Of a DNA stretch of 64,000 bases, positions 45,329-52,991 are shown in pieces. How positions within the stretch are numbered: the stretch's first letter is position 1; every line of letters begins with the position of its first letter. The notes under the pieces were generated by a model, which was not told where the DNA came from, made no database searches, and saw only the letters and a program-made list of their open reading frames with translations. Location: sequence record MN850609.1. The stretch is one strand, 5' to 3'. The stretch comes from Escherichia phage dhaeg. The position numbers were made by a program, and so were the translations under genes.

Positions 45329-45898
45329 ATGAACATCGAACAAAAATGTCTTTATCAAGACCGAATCAATTCTAAATTTTCAAAATCTGAACAAGCGTTG
45401 TTAGAGAAATGTCTGGATGCCAAAAAAGACCCTAACTTCCATTATGACCTAGACAAACTAGTTCGTAAGCATGTTACTTCGGTCGTTCCGGTAGAGCTTT
45501 ATCGTGGGATTACTCCAAGAGAACTTGAGCAACTTGAAGTTCTTTCTGTCGGATGCCAGTGGTCTCCCGGCCGTGTTACTTCTTTTAGTACACAATACTC
45601 TCAGGCTCGTCAGTTCGCAGGGGCGTGGGAATATGGAACTAAAACCATCTTAAGTCTCAGGAATGCACCGTTCATTTTCGACTACTACAATCATGCTATC
45701 GACCTTGTTCTTGCAGGGAATGTGGACGAACTTGAAATAGATGAAACCCGGATAGACCTCTATGATATGGTCGAAACTGAATGTGAGTTCATGGTCTCTA
45801 GTCTATCACGGTTCGAGATTGTGGAAATCGAAACTATCAAAAGAGACCCATACGAAATCGAGTACAAAATAATTCATTTAAAAATGTTAGATTTTTAG
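45329..45898 (+). CDS. modB: mono-ADP-ribosyltransferase, Mod family (modB position)
   Basis: 189 aa; R-S-ExE class motifs LYRG, SFS, ECEF; paralog of next gene; synteny between soc and dda. Confidence 0.6.
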   Translation: MNIEQKCLYQDRINSKFSKSEQALLEKCLDAKKDPNFHYDLDKLVRKHVTSVVPVELYRGITPRELEQLEVLSVGCQWSPGRVTSFSTQYSQARQFAGAWEYGTKTILSLRNAPFIFDYYNHAIDLVLAGNVDELEIDETRIDLYDMVETECEFMVSSLSRFEIVEIETIKRDPYEIEYKIIHLKMLDF

Positions 45899-45927
45899 TT
45901 TACAGGCAAGGATGCTTGTGGTACTAT
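45898..45927 (+). promoter_or_regulatory. early promoter (GTTTAC / TACTAT)
   Basis: GTTTAC, 18 bp, TACTAT. Confidence 0.6.
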
Positions 45928-45952
45928 CTTTCTATCAACTGAGGAGAATAAT

Positions 45953-46567
45953 ATGTTATATCCAAATCATAAATTATCAGAGTTCTATGACAATGTTAAA
46001 TGTGATGATTTCCGTGAAAACATTCAGGGTGAAATAGACGGGCAGTACTCTGATTTAGAACAGAGTGTCCTCTGGCAGTGCATGGAAAATAAACCTGATT
46101 CTATCCAAGAAACTTTGAACAAAATCATTCGTAAGAATCTAACTTCTGTAGTGCCTGACAAACTGTACCGTGGAATTTCTAAGAAAACTTTGAAATACCT
46201 CGAATCGGTAGGATGTGTTGGTGCCACAATTGAATTTGACAGAGTAATGAGCTTCTCTAAAGATTTTAAGGTGGCCCGTAACTTTGCTTCATATAATTTT
46301 TACGGAACCAAAAATATTTTCTGTATTAATGATGCACCTTTTGCATTTGATTACCAGGAAGCAATCTTTAAAATGATTTGTGGCGCTCCTCCCGAAGAGT
46401 TCAACGGGCCATATCCAGAAATAACTCGTACTTCAAACTTGCAATTAGTAAACGATGAAGATGAGATGATGTTCCCTGCGGGAACTACGCTACGCGTAGA
46501 CTCTATTGAGAGAGTTTGTGGATGGCAAGATTATACATTATGGAATCTTTCCGTTCTTTCTTACTGA
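45953..46567 (+). CDS. modA: mono-ADP-ribosyltransferase, Mod family (modA position)
   Basis: 204 aa; LYRG, SFS, EDEMMF; paralog of upstream gene. Confidence 0.6.
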   Translation: MLYPNHKLSEFYDNVKCDDFRENIQGEIDGQYSDLEQSVLWQCMENKPDSIQETLNKIIRKNLTSVVPDKLYRGISKKTLKYLESVGCVGATIEFDRVMSFSKDFKVARNFASYNFYGTKNIFCINDAPFAFDYQEAIFKMICGAPPEEFNGPYPEITRTSNLQLVNDEDEMMFPAGTTLRVDSIERVCGWQDYTLWNLSVLSY

Positions 46568-46636
46568 ACCACCCGGTTTAATTGAAAGGCAAAGTCCTTG
46601 ATTCATTATACCGTCGAAAATTTAAAGCAAAAAAGT

Positions 46637-46665
46637 GTTTACTTTATTAAGCAACATGATACTAT
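46637..46665 (+). promoter_or_regulatory. early promoter (GTTTAC / TACTAT)
   Basis: AAAAAAGTGTTTAC, 17 bp, TACTAT, AGACCTATCAACT. Confidence 0.65.
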
Positions 46666-46705
46666 AGACCTATCAACTAATCGTCCGTAAGATGAGAAAA
46701 ATATC

Positions 46706-47455
46706 ATGCCTACTATTAAAACTAACGATGAATTTGAGTTAAAGGTTTACAACCGCCGCAAACACACCAAAGCTTCTGCTTGTAAACGCGGTAAGGACTT
46801 CAATCTGTCTAGTAAGTATGTTCGTAGACTTCTCGAACAAAAAGTGTGCGCTTATTCGGGCGAGTACTTTGATGAAAATTCAGTTAATGACAAGATTTCA
46901 TTTGAACGTTTTAACAACGATATCGGCTATATTGAGGGTAATGTAATCCCAGTTAAAGTTAAGTATAACAGCTTACGTGCCGATTTGTCCCTTGATGAAC
47001 TGAAACGTGCTCAGACTCGTTTAGCAGTTCGTATTTCAGGTAGTTCTAAAATGCCTAATAGTTTTAAAGTTACTCCTGATAACTATTATAAAATCCGTAA
47101 AATCGTTAAAAATATAAAAGATACCCAAAGAGGTCTTAAAAAACGTGAAAAACGTCTTAAAGACCTTATTAAATCAGGAGCTACTGATAAGACTCCTTCT
47201 GTTATCGCAGTTAAGGCCCGTATCCACGGTTCTAACGCTTCAATCGGTACTATGGAAAAAGGTCTTAAATCTTTAATTGGTGGGCCTGATTGGCGTGTCA
47301 AGTTTAAATTGTCTGAAGCAGAAACGCGTTACGATATGTATGATAAAATTATTCAAGGTCTGGAGCGTTTAGAACACCTTTCTTTTATTGACAAATTGAA
47401 GTTGAAAAAAGGTCTTCCATTGAATGCTTCAATTTTTTCACTGATTAGAGGTTAA
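46706..47455 (+). CDS. Srd-like protein (by position between mod genes and dda)
   Basis: 249 aa; basic C-terminal half; synteny and size match T4 srd as recalled. Confidence 0.35.
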   Translation: MPTIKTNDEFELKVYNRRKHTKASACKRGKDFNLSSKYVRRLLEQKVCAYSGEYFDENSVNDKISFERFNNDIGYIEGNVIPVKVKYNSLRADLSLDELKRAQTRLAVRISGSSKMPNSFKVTPDNYYKIRKIVKNIKDTQRGLKKREKRLKDLIKSGATDKTPSVIAVKARIHGSNASIGTMEKGLKSLIGGPDWRVKFKLSEAETRYDMYDKIIQGLERLEHLSFIDKLKLKKGLPLNASIFSLIRG

Positions 47456-47456
47456 C

Positions 47457-47756
47457 GTGATGTACTATGCATACGTATTAGTTCACAAAGACAAAGATGG
47501 GTACGAACATCCGCTAGAATATGACGGAAAGGTGACCTTATACACCACAAAAGCGGGCGCAGAATATGAACTTGCCAACTATTCATATACTACAAACCGA
47601 TATTTACGCATGGGACGTATTGAAACAGTATGCACACCTAGAAAATGGTGGTTTGATAAGTGGGAAACAAAAACTGTTTTTCCGACTGAAGAACATGCAC
47701 GAGAATTGAAATTAGTTTTAGACACTTTATATGTTAAGCGAGTAAAATTGGCATGA
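47457..47756 (+). CDS. hypothetical protein
   Basis: 99-aa ORF. Confidence 0.45.
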   Translation: MMYYAYVLVHKDKDGYEHPLEYDGKVTLYTTKAGAEYELANYSYTTNRYLRMGRIETVCTPRKWWFDKWETKTVFPTEEHARELKLVLDTLYVKRVKLA

Positions 47757-49084
47757 TTACATTTGAAGACTTGAACATCGGCCAGAGGACGGCCTTTAAA
47801 GAAATCATTGAAGCTATTAAACGACGTAAGGGCGAATGGATTACATTGAATGGTCCTGCCGGTACAGGTAAAACGACCCTTACTAAATTTATTCTTGACC
47901 ACTTAGTCAAGAATGGCGAACTCGGAGTTATTTTGACCGCACCCACACACGCGGCCAAGAAGGTATTGTCGAAACTCGCAGGCCAAGAAGCATCGACAAT
48001 CCACCGAATCTTAAAGATTAACCCGACTACATACGAAGACCAGGATATTTTTGAACAGCGTGAAGCTCCTGACTTGAGCAAATGTAATGTTCTTGTGGTC
48101 GACGAAGGCTCAATGATTGACGGTAAGTTGTTTAAGATTATCGAAGCATCGGTTCCACCATGGTGCACTGTACTAGGGATTGGCGACCGAGCTCAGTTAC
48201 AGCCAGTAGAACCTGGAAGTGATGGTAGTCCTCAGTTGTCTCCATTCTTTACCCACCCTAAAATTAAACAGCTACACCTTACTGAAGTAATGCGTAGTAA
48301 TGCTCCTATCATTGAGGTTGCTACTGAAATCCGTAATGGTGGATGGTTCCGAGATTGTATATTCGAAGGCCATGGTGTCCATGGTTTCAAATCTCAAACA
48401 GCCTTAAAAGATTTTATGATGAATTATTTTTCCATCGTAAAAGATGCCGATGCCTTGTTTGAGAACCGGATGTTTGCTTATACGAATAAATCGGTTGAAA
48501 AGCTGAATAGCATTATTCGTAAAAAGCTTTATGAAACCGATGCGCCTTATATCAAGGGTGAAATCCTCGTGATGCAAGAGCCTTTTATGAAGGAGCTTGA
48601 ATACGACGGTAAGAAATTCTCTGAAACCATTTTTAATAACGGGCAAATGGTTCGTATTTTAGATGTGAACCATACCTCATTGTTCTTGTCTGCCAAGGAT
48701 GTAGGCACTCGCCAGATGATTAATTACTGGGACCTCCAGGTTGAATCTATCGATGAAGATGACGAGTACTACGTAGAACACTTGAAAGTTATTGATGAGG
48801 CTTCAGTTGAGAAGTTCCATTATTTCTTGGCTAAGGTGGCTACTGAGTACAAGGCTATGCGTGGAACCGGTAAGAAACCTAAGTGGGCTGATTTCTGGAA
48901 AGCCAAGAGAATGTTCACTAAGGTTAGAGCTCTTCCGGTGAGCACTGTTCATAAATCACAAGGCCTTACTGTCCAAAACAGTTTCATCTATACTCCGTGC
49001 ATGCACATGGCTGATGCGAATTTAGCTTCACAGCTGGCTTATGTTAGTATTACCCGTGCTCGTACTGATGCCTATTATGTTTGA
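47753..49084 (+). CDS. dda: Dda DNA helicase (SF1B)
   Basis: 443 aa; Walker A GPAGTGKTT; strong similarity recalled to T4 Dda throughout. Confidence 0.9.
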   Translation: MITFEDLNIGQRTAFKEIIEAIKRRKGEWITLNGPAGTGKTTLTKFILDHLVKNGELGVILTAPTHAAKKVLSKLAGQEASTIHRILKINPTTYEDQDIFEQREAPDLSKCNVLVVDEGSMIDGKLFKIIEASVPPWCTVLGIGDRAQLQPVEPGSDGSPQLSPFFTHPKIKQLHLTEVMRSNAPIIEVATEIRNGGWFRDCIFEGHGVHGFKSQTALKDFMMNYFSIVKDADALFENRMFAYTNKSVEKLNSIIRKKLYETDAPYIKGEILVMQEPFMKELEYDGKKFSETIFNNGQMVRILDVNHTSLFLSAKDVGTRQMINYWDLQVESIDEDDEYYVEHLKVIDEASVEKFHYFLAKVATEYKAMRGTGKKPKWADFWKAKRMFTKVRALPVSTVHKSQGLTVQNSFIYTPCMHMADANLASQLAYVSITRARTDAYYV

Positions 49085-49091
49085 GGAAAAT

Positions 49092-49331
49092 ATGATTAAA
49101 GTAACTAAAGACCAGTTTTATAAGTTGAAATTTGAGACGGAATATATTATTAAGGTCAATCAAGACAATACCAATATCCGTGGCAAGGCTCATAAGGTCT
49201 TGCATTCACTTAAAGAGATTGAAAGTGATTTTATTGCAGTGCAAAAACTGATGGACGACAATATCTCTTCGGTTTATATTGAAGACTATACGGTCGGCCA
49301 AATCCGAGACCTTATGAGGTATGTTAAATGA
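49092..49331 (+). CDS. hypothetical protein
   Basis: internal ATG with GAGGAAAA RBS in ORF 49041-49331. Confidence 0.45.
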   Translation: MIKVTKDQFYKLKFETEYIIKVNQDNTNIRGKAHKVLHSLKEIESDFIAVQKLMDDNISSVYIEDYTVGQIRDLMRYVK

Positions 49332-50002
49332 AAGATATAATTATTGACTTCGAAACCTTTGCTACTACTCAAAATGCGGCGGTTATTGACCTCGCCGTAA
49401 TTGCTTATGACCCCAATCCAGAGGTAGTAGAATCTTTTGAAGAGCTTACACAACGCGGCCTTCGTATTAAATTCGATTTGGCTTCTCAACGTGATAAACG
49501 TCTGTTCTCTAAAAGCACATTGCAGTGGTGGAAAGAACAAGGACCTGAAGCACGTAAAAACCTGGCTCCGTCTGAAATTGATGTGAGTACTTCTATCGGC
49601 CTTGGTAATTTCTTGGAATACTGCCGTAAAAACGAAGTGGACCAATGGAAATCCCAGATGTGGTGCCGTGGAATGTCCTTTGACTTTCCGATCTTAGTGG
49701 ACCTTATTCGCGATGCTTATCGTTCTGAAGGTGTTCCTGAGAACGAAATCGATACAACTAAGTTGGAACCGGTTAAATTCTGGAACCAACGTGATATCCG
49801 TACAGCTATTGAAGCGTATTCACTGACACGCGGATTGAGCATGTGCCCTCTGCCTAACGGAACCTTGAATGGCTTTGTTGCTCACGACTCTATCCATGAC
49901 TGTGCTAAGGATATCTTGATGCTGAAATATGCCCAACGATATGCTTTAAACCTGGAAGATGTTCCTGAGTATCCAGACCCATTAAGTATAAAAAATCGGT
50001 AA
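49328..50002 (+). CDS. dexA: exonuclease A DexA (DnaQ-like 3'-5' exonuclease)
   Basis: 224 aa; DEDD-type motifs FETF, HDSIHDC; synteny after dda. Confidence 0.7.
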   Translation: MKDIIIDFETFATTQNAAVIDLAVIAYDPNPEVVESFEELTQRGLRIKFDLASQRDKRLFSKSTLQWWKEQGPEARKNLAPSEIDVSTSIGLGNFLEYCRKNEVDQWKSQMWCRGMSFDFPILVDLIRDAYRSEGVPENEIDTTKLEPVKFWNQRDIRTAIEAYSLTRGLSMCPLPNGTLNGFVAHDSIHDCAKDILMLKYAQRYALNLEDVPEYPDPLSIKNR

Positions 50003-50006
50003 AAGT

Positions 50007-50035
50007 GTTTACTTCTCCTCATGACATGATACTAT
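50007..50035 (+). promoter_or_regulatory. early promoter (GTTTAC / TACTAT) with perfect spacer/SD inverted repeat CTCCTCATG/CATGAGGAG
   Basis: GTTTAC, 17 bp, TACTAT; 9-bp inverted repeat. Confidence 0.65.
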
Positions 50036-50061
50036 AACCCTATCAACATGAGGAGAACAAA

Positions 50062-50565
50062 ATGAAAATTTATCGAGTCGAGTCATCGTTCAGTATCTTA
50101 GATAATAGTGATGCTATCGCAATTACTCGCCAGCAATGCCGCCAATTAACACCTTATAGAGGCTCATTTGATGAATGGAGCGAAGGCTGGTTATTGGAAG
50201 TAGGTTTTGACAGGCCTAATTTTAGACACCATCATACTAATAATAAAAGCATCCCACTACCAAGTCAAGATGAATTGTTGGTTAAAAATTCTAATGCAGT
50301 AATTAAAACCAAATTCGAACATGAAGATTATAAAGGTGTAGATAACTATATCCCTGGTTGGTTTGTTAACCTCTACCATTTTGCTTTTGCCAGCGAGTAT
50401 GATATGATGCGCTGGTTCACTCGTGAAGAGCGTGCGGAATTATCTTCTAAAGGATTCTACCTTGCTGTTTACGAAATCCCTGAAGATGAGGTTGTCATTG
50501 GTGACCGCCAAGTAATGTTCCGCAAATCCCATGCTGAACTCGTAGATTTTATTGAAATGAGATAA
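50062..50565 (+). CDS. hypothetical protein
   Basis: 167-aa ORF. Confidence 0.5.
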   Translation: MKIYRVESSFSILDNSDAIAITRQQCRQLTPYRGSFDEWSEGWLLEVGFDRPNFRHHHTNNKSIPLPSQDELLVKNSNAVIKTKFEHEDYKGVDNYIPGWFVNLYHFAFASEYDMMRWFTREERAELSSKGFYLAVYEIPEDEVVIGDRQVMFRKSHAELVDFIEMR

Positions 50566-50567
50566 TT

Positions 50568-51119
50568 ATGAAATTTAATTATAATCCTAAATACACACCG
50601 AACCCAGCAGCCAAATTGATTGATTTTGATGTTTTAAGCACTTATGTGGCCCCTATTGAACCATTAGAAATTAAGGAAACCACTATGACTACTCAGACTA
50701 TCGAAATCGGCAAAACCTACAAACTGGTTGAACCTGAAATTAAAACTAAGGCCTTGATTTCTGGTTATAAAACTCTGACTGATGTTTTTGGCGAAGGCGA
50801 ATTTATTGTTGAAGAATTCGCCAAAAGTGACTGGTTTACTAAATCTTACGTAATCCACGGCCGCCGGTTAGATAATAATAGAATAGAGAAAACCCTAGTC
50901 TATGAAGCTGAATTTGGGCTTTTCCGTGAAGTCAGAGTCGAACAAGACCCTACCGACCTGTTGTGTGCTGCTGTGGCTATCCGTCGTCCTTTTGATAATC
51001 CTATCTGTGGTTGGGTAACAGACCAATGGATTGAAGATGGTGTTGAACTGCTGAACGTTGTACATGCTGGTGATTTTAGCATAGTACCTCGTAGTGCAGT
51101 GGTTAATGTATTGAATTAA
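50568..51119 (+). CDS. hypothetical protein, paralog family member A
   Basis: 183 aa; C-terminal TDQWIEDGVELLNVVHAGDF shared with next gene. Confidence 0.5.
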   Translation: MKFNYNPKYTPNPAAKLIDFDVLSTYVAPIEPLEIKETTMTTQTIEIGKTYKLVEPEIKTKALISGYKTLTDVFGEGEFIVEEFAKSDWFTKSYVIHGRRLDNNRIEKTLVYEAEFGLFREVRVEQDPTDLLCAAVAIRRPFDNPICGWVTDQWIEDGVELLNVVHAGDFSIVPRSAVVNVLN

Positions 51120-51121
51120 TA

Positions 51122-51150
51122 GTTTACTTTATCGAGAGCCATGTTATAAT
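51122..51150 (+). promoter_or_regulatory. early promoter (GTTTAC / TATAAT) with palindrome GAGAGCCAT/ATGGCTCTC bracketing the -10
   Basis: GTTTAC, 17 bp, TATAAT; perfect 9-bp inverted repeat. Confidence 0.6.
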
Positions 51151-51192
51151 GGCTCTCATGGATTATAAACCTTTAACCAAGAGAGAAAAATT

Positions 51193-51759
51193 ATGATTAC
51201 TATTTCCGATATCGGCAGTATCGTTCGTGTATCCAAAAAGTCTCGTTCAAAAGCTGCGGGCAGTTTAGTTGAAGTTGTTAGCATCCAACTTAAAGAAGGT
51301 GTCAGTGAAGAAAATTATGAAGTAAAAGTTCGTATCATTCCTAAAAATCGCCAGACTGAAACTCAATTCGGTTATGTGCGTGCTAAATTCTTGGAATCGA
51401 CTGAATTTACCGGATACATCGCTCCTGTAGTTGAAGAAGTTGAATCCCATGATGGGTATGTATGTGAAAGCAATGATATCCGTGGCGTAGTAGCTCAAGA
51501 CATTGAAACTATTGACCAATCTCATGTCGGCGTTGATTTCAAATGGAAATTAGGTCGAGGAGTGTGTTTTAATACTCCTAAACCGTTCAAATATGTTGAC
51601 GAACCTTTTGGTACTTACGAAACCAGTAGCATGTCTGGTTACATCACAGACCAGTGGGTTGAAGGTGGCGTTAAGCTCTATAACATCGTGTTCCTTGGAA
51701 CCTTTAAAGTGGTTCCTGAAAGCTTTATTGTTGAATATGCTAATATTCATCGTGCATAA
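51193..51759 (+). CDS. hypothetical protein, paralog family member B
   Basis: 188 aa; C-terminal TDQWVEGGVKLYNIVFLGTF shared with upstream gene. Confidence 0.5.
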   Translation: MITISDIGSIVRVSKKSRSKAAGSLVEVVSIQLKEGVSEENYEVKVRIIPKNRQTETQFGYVRAKFLESTEFTGYIAPVVEEVESHDGYVCESNDIRGVVAQDIETIDQSHVGVDFKWKLGRGVCFNTPKPFKYVDEPFGTYETSSMSGYITDQWVEGGVKLYNIVFLGTFKVVPESFIVEYANIHRA

Positions 51760-51772
51760 AGTTTAAAAACAG

Positions 51773-51801
51773 TATACAATACGGTAGGGTAGTGATACTA
51801 T
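51773..51801 (+). promoter_or_regulatory. early-type promoter with degenerate -35 and conserved TGATACTAT -10 block
   Basis: GTGATACTATTACCCTATCAAC. Confidence 0.35.
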
Positions 51802-51831
51802 TACCCTATCAACAAATGAGAGGAAAATAAA

Positions 51832-52050
51832 ATGGCTAAAGTTACTGTGAACTCGACTCGTGAAGAATTTGAAGATGTTCTGTTCAACCCTGATTTAATC
51901 GTGGTTCAAAAGGAACATTCTGATACGTTTTCTCATTTATCGTCGGTTTATGTATACGAAAATCAAGGTGATAAAAACCCTATATATGCAGTGTTCCGTG
52001 AAATCACTGCTGAAGGCACCGACTTCTGGAAGGAAACTTACAATGCTTAA
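51832..52050 (+). CDS. hypothetical protein
   Basis: 72-aa ORF. Confidence 0.45.
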   Translation: MAKVTVNSTREEFEDVLFNPDLIVVQKEHSDTFSHLSSVYVYENQGDKNPIYAVFREITAEGTDFWKETYNA

Positions 52051-52480
52051 TCAAGAACTCGAATTTGAAAAAGGTAAATGGTACTATTTTAAAGATGATG
52101 CTGCAGAAGCTGAATTCCGTAAGCTGAATTCCCATAATATTAGGACTCCTAATAATTCTTCTATAGCAGATATTATTGTCAATTCTGAAGGTTTTTGCCC
52201 TGTTAGATTAGCGGCAGGATATGTGATGAACGTAGACTTGGCTTATGGCGATAACATTGATATGGTTTTATATCCAAGCGAGCGTAAATTCTTTACGGAA
52301 ATGGTTGTAGTTGACAGTGAAGACGAATGGGCCGAAGATGGTTTCTCTGAAGACGAAGACCAGTCTGAAGATGCGGCTCCATTTGAACCGAGTGATTTCC
52401 CTTTGACTAAAATCACTATCTCTAATAATTCTGAAGCCTGGACTGTTTACCAGATGCTAAAAGCTCACTTTAAGGAATAA
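52043..52480 (+). CDS. hypothetical acidic protein
   Basis: internal ATG (ATGCTTAA overlap) of ORF 51950-52480. Confidence 0.45.
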   Translation: MLNQELEFEKGKWYYFKDDAAEAEFRKLNSHNIRTPNNSSIADIIVNSEGFCPVRLAAGYVMNVDLAYGDNIDMVLYPSERKFFTEMVVVDSEDEWAEDGFSEDEDQSEDAAPFEPSDFPLTKITISNNSEAWTVYQMLKAHFKE

Positions 52481-52481
52481 T

Positions 52482-52658
52482 ATGCCACTTTATGATTACA
52501 AATGCCAATCCGAAGACTGTGCAAAAGAATACGAAAAAATCAAGAAAATCTCTGAAAGAGATAATGATATTTGTCCTGATTGCCATAGGCTGGCTGTTCG
52601 GTTAGTCTCGGCCCCTAAACATGTTAATGGCGGTTTTTACGACCTGCTGACTAAGTGA
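52482..52658 (+). CDS. FmdB-family zinc-ribbon protein (unlisted ORF)
   Basis: 58 codons read by hand; MPLYDYKCQ...C...CPDC. Confidence 0.45.
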   Translation: MPLYDYKCQSEDCAKEYEKIKKISERDNDICPDCHRLAVRLVSAPKHVNGGFYDLLTK

Positions 52659-52664
52659 GAAATT

Positions 52665-52925
52665 ATGAAATACGTTAATCGTTCTATTGCAGCTCTGGTA
52701 CTAGCAGTTTCGTTGGTTGGTTGTACTGATGCCGATAATGCCGCCCGTGTATTGGATGCAAATGGCTACAAACAAATCCAAATCACAGGATACAACCTAT
52801 TTGGCTGTTCTGAAGATGATTTCCAACGTACAGGCTTTATTGCTGTAGGTCCGACAGGTAAAAGGGTTGAAGGAACAGTTTGTTCTGGGTTATTCTTTAA
52901 AAAGTCGACCATCCGATTTGATTAA
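52665..52925 (+). CDS. lipoprotein
   Basis: 86 aa; signal peptide with lipobox LVGC. Confidence 0.5.
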   Translation: MKYVNRSIAALVLAVSLVGCTDADNAARVLDANGYKQIQITGYNLFGCSEDDFQRTGFIAVGPTGKRVEGTVCSGLFFKKSTIRFD

Positions 52926-52941
52926 GGGCTTCGGCCCTTTT
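52926..52941 (+). terminator. terminator-like hairpin (GGGC-TTCG-GCCC + T4)
   Basis: short GC stem, UUCG loop, short T-tract. Confidence 0.5.
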
Positions 52942-52991
52942 ATGCTTTAAGTGAAATGGGATAATATTCTCCTACTACATGAGGAAATAAC

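Noticed and set aside
47734-48168. Minus-strand ORFs embedded in dda, and similar ones inside the polymerase, rIIB, gp52, gp46 and other genes
   Set aside because: They are entirely antisense to well-supported + strand genes, have no RBS and show atypical composition; these are shadow ORFs.
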